This document shows, in pieces, positions 61,111-64,000 of a stretch of DNA of 64,000 nucleotides. The notes under the pieces were generated by a model. That model made no database searches. It saw only the letters and a program-made list of their open reading frames with translations, and was not told where the DNA came from. Where the stretch lies: the NCBI GenBank assembly GCA_963727805.1, contig CAVSHF010000005.1:1056001-1120000 (forward strand). Direction: 5' to 3'. Made by a program: the position numbers and the translations under genes. Numbering within the stretch: position 1 is the first letter of the stretch; every line of letters starts with the position of its first letter. This DNA is from an uncultured Nitrospiraceae bacterium (GTDB lineage: Bacteria > Nitrospirota > Thermodesulfovibrionia > Thermodesulfovibrionales > Dissulfurispiraceae).

Positions 61111-61752
61111 ATGATGACAAAAAATAAATTTACACACAAAAGCACTATTATTGTCTCTTTCCTGATTATTTTAATTTTACTAGTCTTCCTTCATGCGCTC
61201 ATATTAAATTATATGGCAGGAGCACTTGTGTATAAGGATGATATAAAACCAAGTGACGCCATTGTTGTACTAGTGGGTGATCGAACTGGGGAACGCCTTA
61301 TGACTGGCATAGACTTGTTCAAGAGGGGATACGCGGGGAAAATAGTATTTTGGGGTGGTCCTATTTACTGGAAGATACCCTATGCAGAACTCTATTTAAG
61401 GCAAATGAAAGAAAGTGGCATTAAGTCGGAGCTTGCAGTATGGTCCGAAGAAAGCCTTTCCGAATTTAGTACTGAGGGAGAAGCCTTAGTAGACATTAGA
61501 TTACTTAGAGAAATGGGTGCAAAATCGTTTATTTTAGTCACTTCTGATTATCATACGGCACGGGCAAAAACTGTTTTTGCTCCACTTGCCAATAAGAATG
61601 GAATGACGATGTATGTCTATCCTTCACAAGATTCAACTGTCAGTCTACGAAACTGGTGGAAAGATCGAGAAAGTGCAAAAAATATTTTATTGGAAATTCA
61701 AAAAACGATATGGTATAAATTGTTTCAAAATTTCCGCAAAGAGCATGCTTAA
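61111..61752 (+). CDS. YdcF/DUF218 family protein
   Basis: N-terminal TM; DAIVVL.G...ER; ST..EA; ILVTSDYHT.RA. Confidence 0.85.
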   Translation: MMTKNKFTHKSTIIVSFLIILILLVFLHALILNYMAGALVYKDDIKPSDAIVVLVGDRTGERLMTGIDLFKRGYAGKIVFWGGPIYWKIPYAELYLRQMKESGIKSELAVWSEESLSEFSTEGEALVDIRLLREMGAKSFILVTSDYHTARAKTVFAPLANKNGMTMYVYPSQDSTVSLRNWWKDRESAKNILLEIQKTIWYKLFQNFRKEHA

Positions 61753-62126
61753 GATATCACTCAAACGATTCATCTATATTGAAGTTTAGTCTTACTATCC
61801 GGTAACAAATTCAGGGAATAGGTAGCTCCCCACGGGGGGAACTCCGAAGCTTCCCCATATAATGTGTCTGATTCCAGTTGAATGCCGTATAAACATCAGT
61901 AGCGTGTCAGTGCGTTTTTTCTTGGATTATTGCATCTCGGATAACCACTGCTAACTGTCAAAAGCGCGTTTTCGCCTGTTGTGTATAACCCCACTGGTGT
62001 CTGAGTCGCGACATTTCCGACCACTTACCCTTGGTAAAGTTGGAGCATGATTAGGAGGGCCTGCACTTCAATCAGGCAGGCCTTTCCCAAGGGCGAAAGA
62101 CCACGTTATTTAATTAAAGCCTCCAT

Positions 62127-62158
62127 AAAAATAAGGAGAGAGCGGCATCGCTCTCTCC
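62127..62158 (-). terminator. Intrinsic terminator of the porin gene
   Basis: GGAGAGAGCG-ATGC-CGCTCTCTCC followed by TTATTTTT on the minus strand. Confidence 0.8.
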
Positions 62159-62182
62159 CTGCTAGAAGGTTCAAAACTCTTC

Positions 62183-64000
62183 TTAAAACTTATATGCCAT
62201 GCTCACGAAGCCTATGCTCGCATTGTAGCTCGGGTTTGCATAAGCACCTGTAAGAAAAGTGCTGCTGCTGCCGGTGCCCAGGAGATACTGATAATTAGGG
62301 TTAGAATACGCATAATCGTTGTACTTGAACTGTTCAAAAACAGCCCCGATTGCCATCGTGAATGATTTTGATATCGCATAGCTCAATTTGCCGAGAAAAG
62401 TACTTTTATGGTAGGAGTCCACATCGTTAAGATTTGGGTCGCCGACTGGACCGGTAGCCGTGTTGGAATTCACGCCGTTAATCACTCCGGGGAACGCAAA
62501 GGCGAAATCCTCCGTACCATCAGAATTCACATAATCATACTGCACCCTGAACGTCAGCTTTTTCGGCACCAGATAGAAATCGACCCCTGCCCCGAATTCA
62601 TAAGTATCGTCTTTCAGTTTCCGGTTCCACATGAAGTTGGAACTCGTCGGCGTTGTGCCGATTGAGGCAGCACTGCCATTGAAATCGACCAGGAATTGTT
62701 GGGTATTTTCGAGATCAAAGTAAGCGTTCACTTTTATAACGCTTCCGGCCAGGTAATCGCCATAAATTTCGAACTCATTCGTCTTCGCATTTTGAACGCC
62801 CAGACTATCATCAGGGTAGGTAGCTTTCTTATATTTGTATGCGGCACCGATATTAAGGTTAGAGAGAGGAGAAGCATCCACAGCAATCTTATAGGTGTCC
62901 CGTCTCTGCTTTGCGGCATCGAATGCCACAAATTGTGGAAAATTGAGATGGGTTGGGCTGGAATCCAAATCATATGAAGGACCATATTTAGCCAATCTCA
63001 TCAGCCGCTCATAGCCGATCTTCGGCGTCAGGAAATCAAGACCATTCCATCTCAGTTCGGCCGAATATAAATTGTCTTTCGTTGAAGGGATATCCGGTCT
63101 GTTTTCCCTGTTTGTATCGATATATGCATAAGCTACATTCAGATGAAATTGTTCGGGAAGCTTAAATCCGAAATCAGCTCCGTAATGGTTCTTTTTATAA
63201 TCGAAAAGAGGGATCTGAACGATAGGGGGAGTATTGCCCGGGATCGTTTGGGTTATAATGCTCGAATTGTTCTCCGTGCTGTAATATTTGTAGTACAGCT
63301 TGACGTCGAAGAATCGGAGAGGTCTGGATGTCAGAGAAAAGGCGTAATTCTGGACGTGCTTGCGTCCCGTAAAGTCATTGGAGTTCAAAGTTGTTGTGGG
63401 ATTGCCAGCTATTGAATTGTTGAAGTTAAGAAGGGGAGTGAGATCAAAACTCGACCTCTCGTAAGAATCGTCAAGACTAACGTTGAAACGGCTGTTCAGC
63501 GGCAGCTGCACCACACTTTTGAACCCCAGTTTGTAGTAATGGTTGTCGGGCGGAAGTGACATCAGAGACGCTGTCGAACCGCTTATCGGTCCGGTCCCGT
63601 CGATCAACAGGGTCTGGTTTGCATTTGTGAACTCGCCGTATGAGTACGTTGCTGCGGCAAACACCGGGGTAGACCTGTATCCGATTTCACCCATATAATT
63701 GGTGGTCTCGTAATTAACAGGAGCGGGGATTTCAATTGCGCCTGAGCCGCCGATCCCACCGTTGCTCCACGGGGTAACGCCGCTTCTGTCCTCCCTGGAC
63801 ACAGAGAAATTAACGTAAAAAGGGTTAAGCACATCTACTCTTATCTCGCCGCCGTACTGGCTCCTTTTGATAGTGTAGTCAAATGAGTTCCACGTTGATG
63901 GATTCTTGTTCGAAGGGACCCCAGCAGTGAGAGGGCTCGTAAGGTGGTTGGATCCAACGCCGGAGTAAGGGGTCAGCGCACCGGTAGTGGTATTATGTAT
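62183..64000 (-). CDS. MtrB/PioB family outer-membrane beta-barrel, 5' end beyond the window
   Basis: Frame is open to position 64000 (…STWNSFDYTIKR…); P.PVNYETT, SLPPDN.YY, FD.A...RD and GAY..PSYNA; amphipathic strands; C-terminal Y-K-F. Confidence 0.75.
   Translation of the reverse strand: MHNTTTGALTPYSGVGSNHLTSPLTAGVPSNKNPSTWNSFDYTIKRSQYGGEIRVDVLNPFYVNFSVSREDRSGVTPWSNGGIGGSGAIEIPAPVNYETTNYMGEIGYRSTPVFAAATYSYGEFTNANQTLLIDGTGPISGSTASLMSLPPDNHYYKLGFKSVVQLPLNSRFNVSLDDSYERSSFDLTPLLNFNNSIAGNPTTTLNSNDFTGRKHVQNYAFSLTSRPLRFFDVKLYYKYYSTENNSSIITQTIPGNTPPIVQIPLFDYKKNHYGADFGFKLPEQFHLNVAYAYIDTNRENRPDIPSTKDNLYSAELRWNGLDFLTPKIGYERLMRLAKYGPSYDLDSSPTHLNFPQFVAFDAAKQRRDTYKIAVDASPLSNLNIGAAYKYKKATYPDDSLGVQNAKTNEFEIYGDYLAGSVIKVNAYFDLENTQQFLVDFNGSAASIGTTPTSSNFMWNRKLKDDTYEFGAGVDFYLVPKKLTFRVQYDYVNSDGTEDFAFAFPGVINGVNSNTATGPVGDPNLNDVDSYHKSTFLGKLSYAISKSFTMAIGAVFEQFKYNDYAYSNPNYQYLLGTGSSSTFLTGAYANPSYNASIGFVSMAYKF

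Noticed and set aside
61815..61860. GGAAGC...CGTGGGGAG hairpins resembling an IS200/IS605 end
   Set aside because: Too degenerate, with no tnpA/tnpB remnant or partner end nearby.

Overview
This is a 64 kb chromosomal window from an anaerobic or microaerophilic diderm bacterium. Gene content and style suggest Nitrospirota/Thermodesulfovibrionia or a deltaproteobacteria-like lineage (inference only). Most of it is housekeeping: yggS-proC-yggT-divIVA-hisS, dapL-folK-yjbQ, rlmN, leuA, cinA-ligA, hrcA-grpE-dnaK-dnaJ-rsmE-rsfS-rlmH with a perfect CIRCE, decarboxylase-speE, guaB-guaA-ispA-dxs-tlyA and LPS heptosyltransferases. The clearest accessory feature is a ~2.5 kb non-autonomous transposon (10534-13040). 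It has perfect 23-25 bp terminal inverted repeats and a target duplication, and it sits in the loop of a host rho-independent terminator. It carries a truncated zinc-finger transposase-like gene, a Cys-rich ORF, an Xre/MbcA-RES toxin-antitoxin pair and its own replacement terminator. Other notable items: a sigma54 two-component module driving a secreted Lys/Ala-rich protein ending in IEGC; an RNA-free RNase P (HARP); a CheD-HDOD fusion; rsfS with an apparent AUA start; a PerR-led peroxide operon containing an octaheme HAO-family cytochrome that appears to lack the cross-link Tyr; an nrfA without adjacent nrfH, divergent from a decayed triheme cytochrome; candidate structured RNAs; and an MtrB/PioB-type porin running off the right edge. 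No rRNA, tRNA or CRISPR array was seen.
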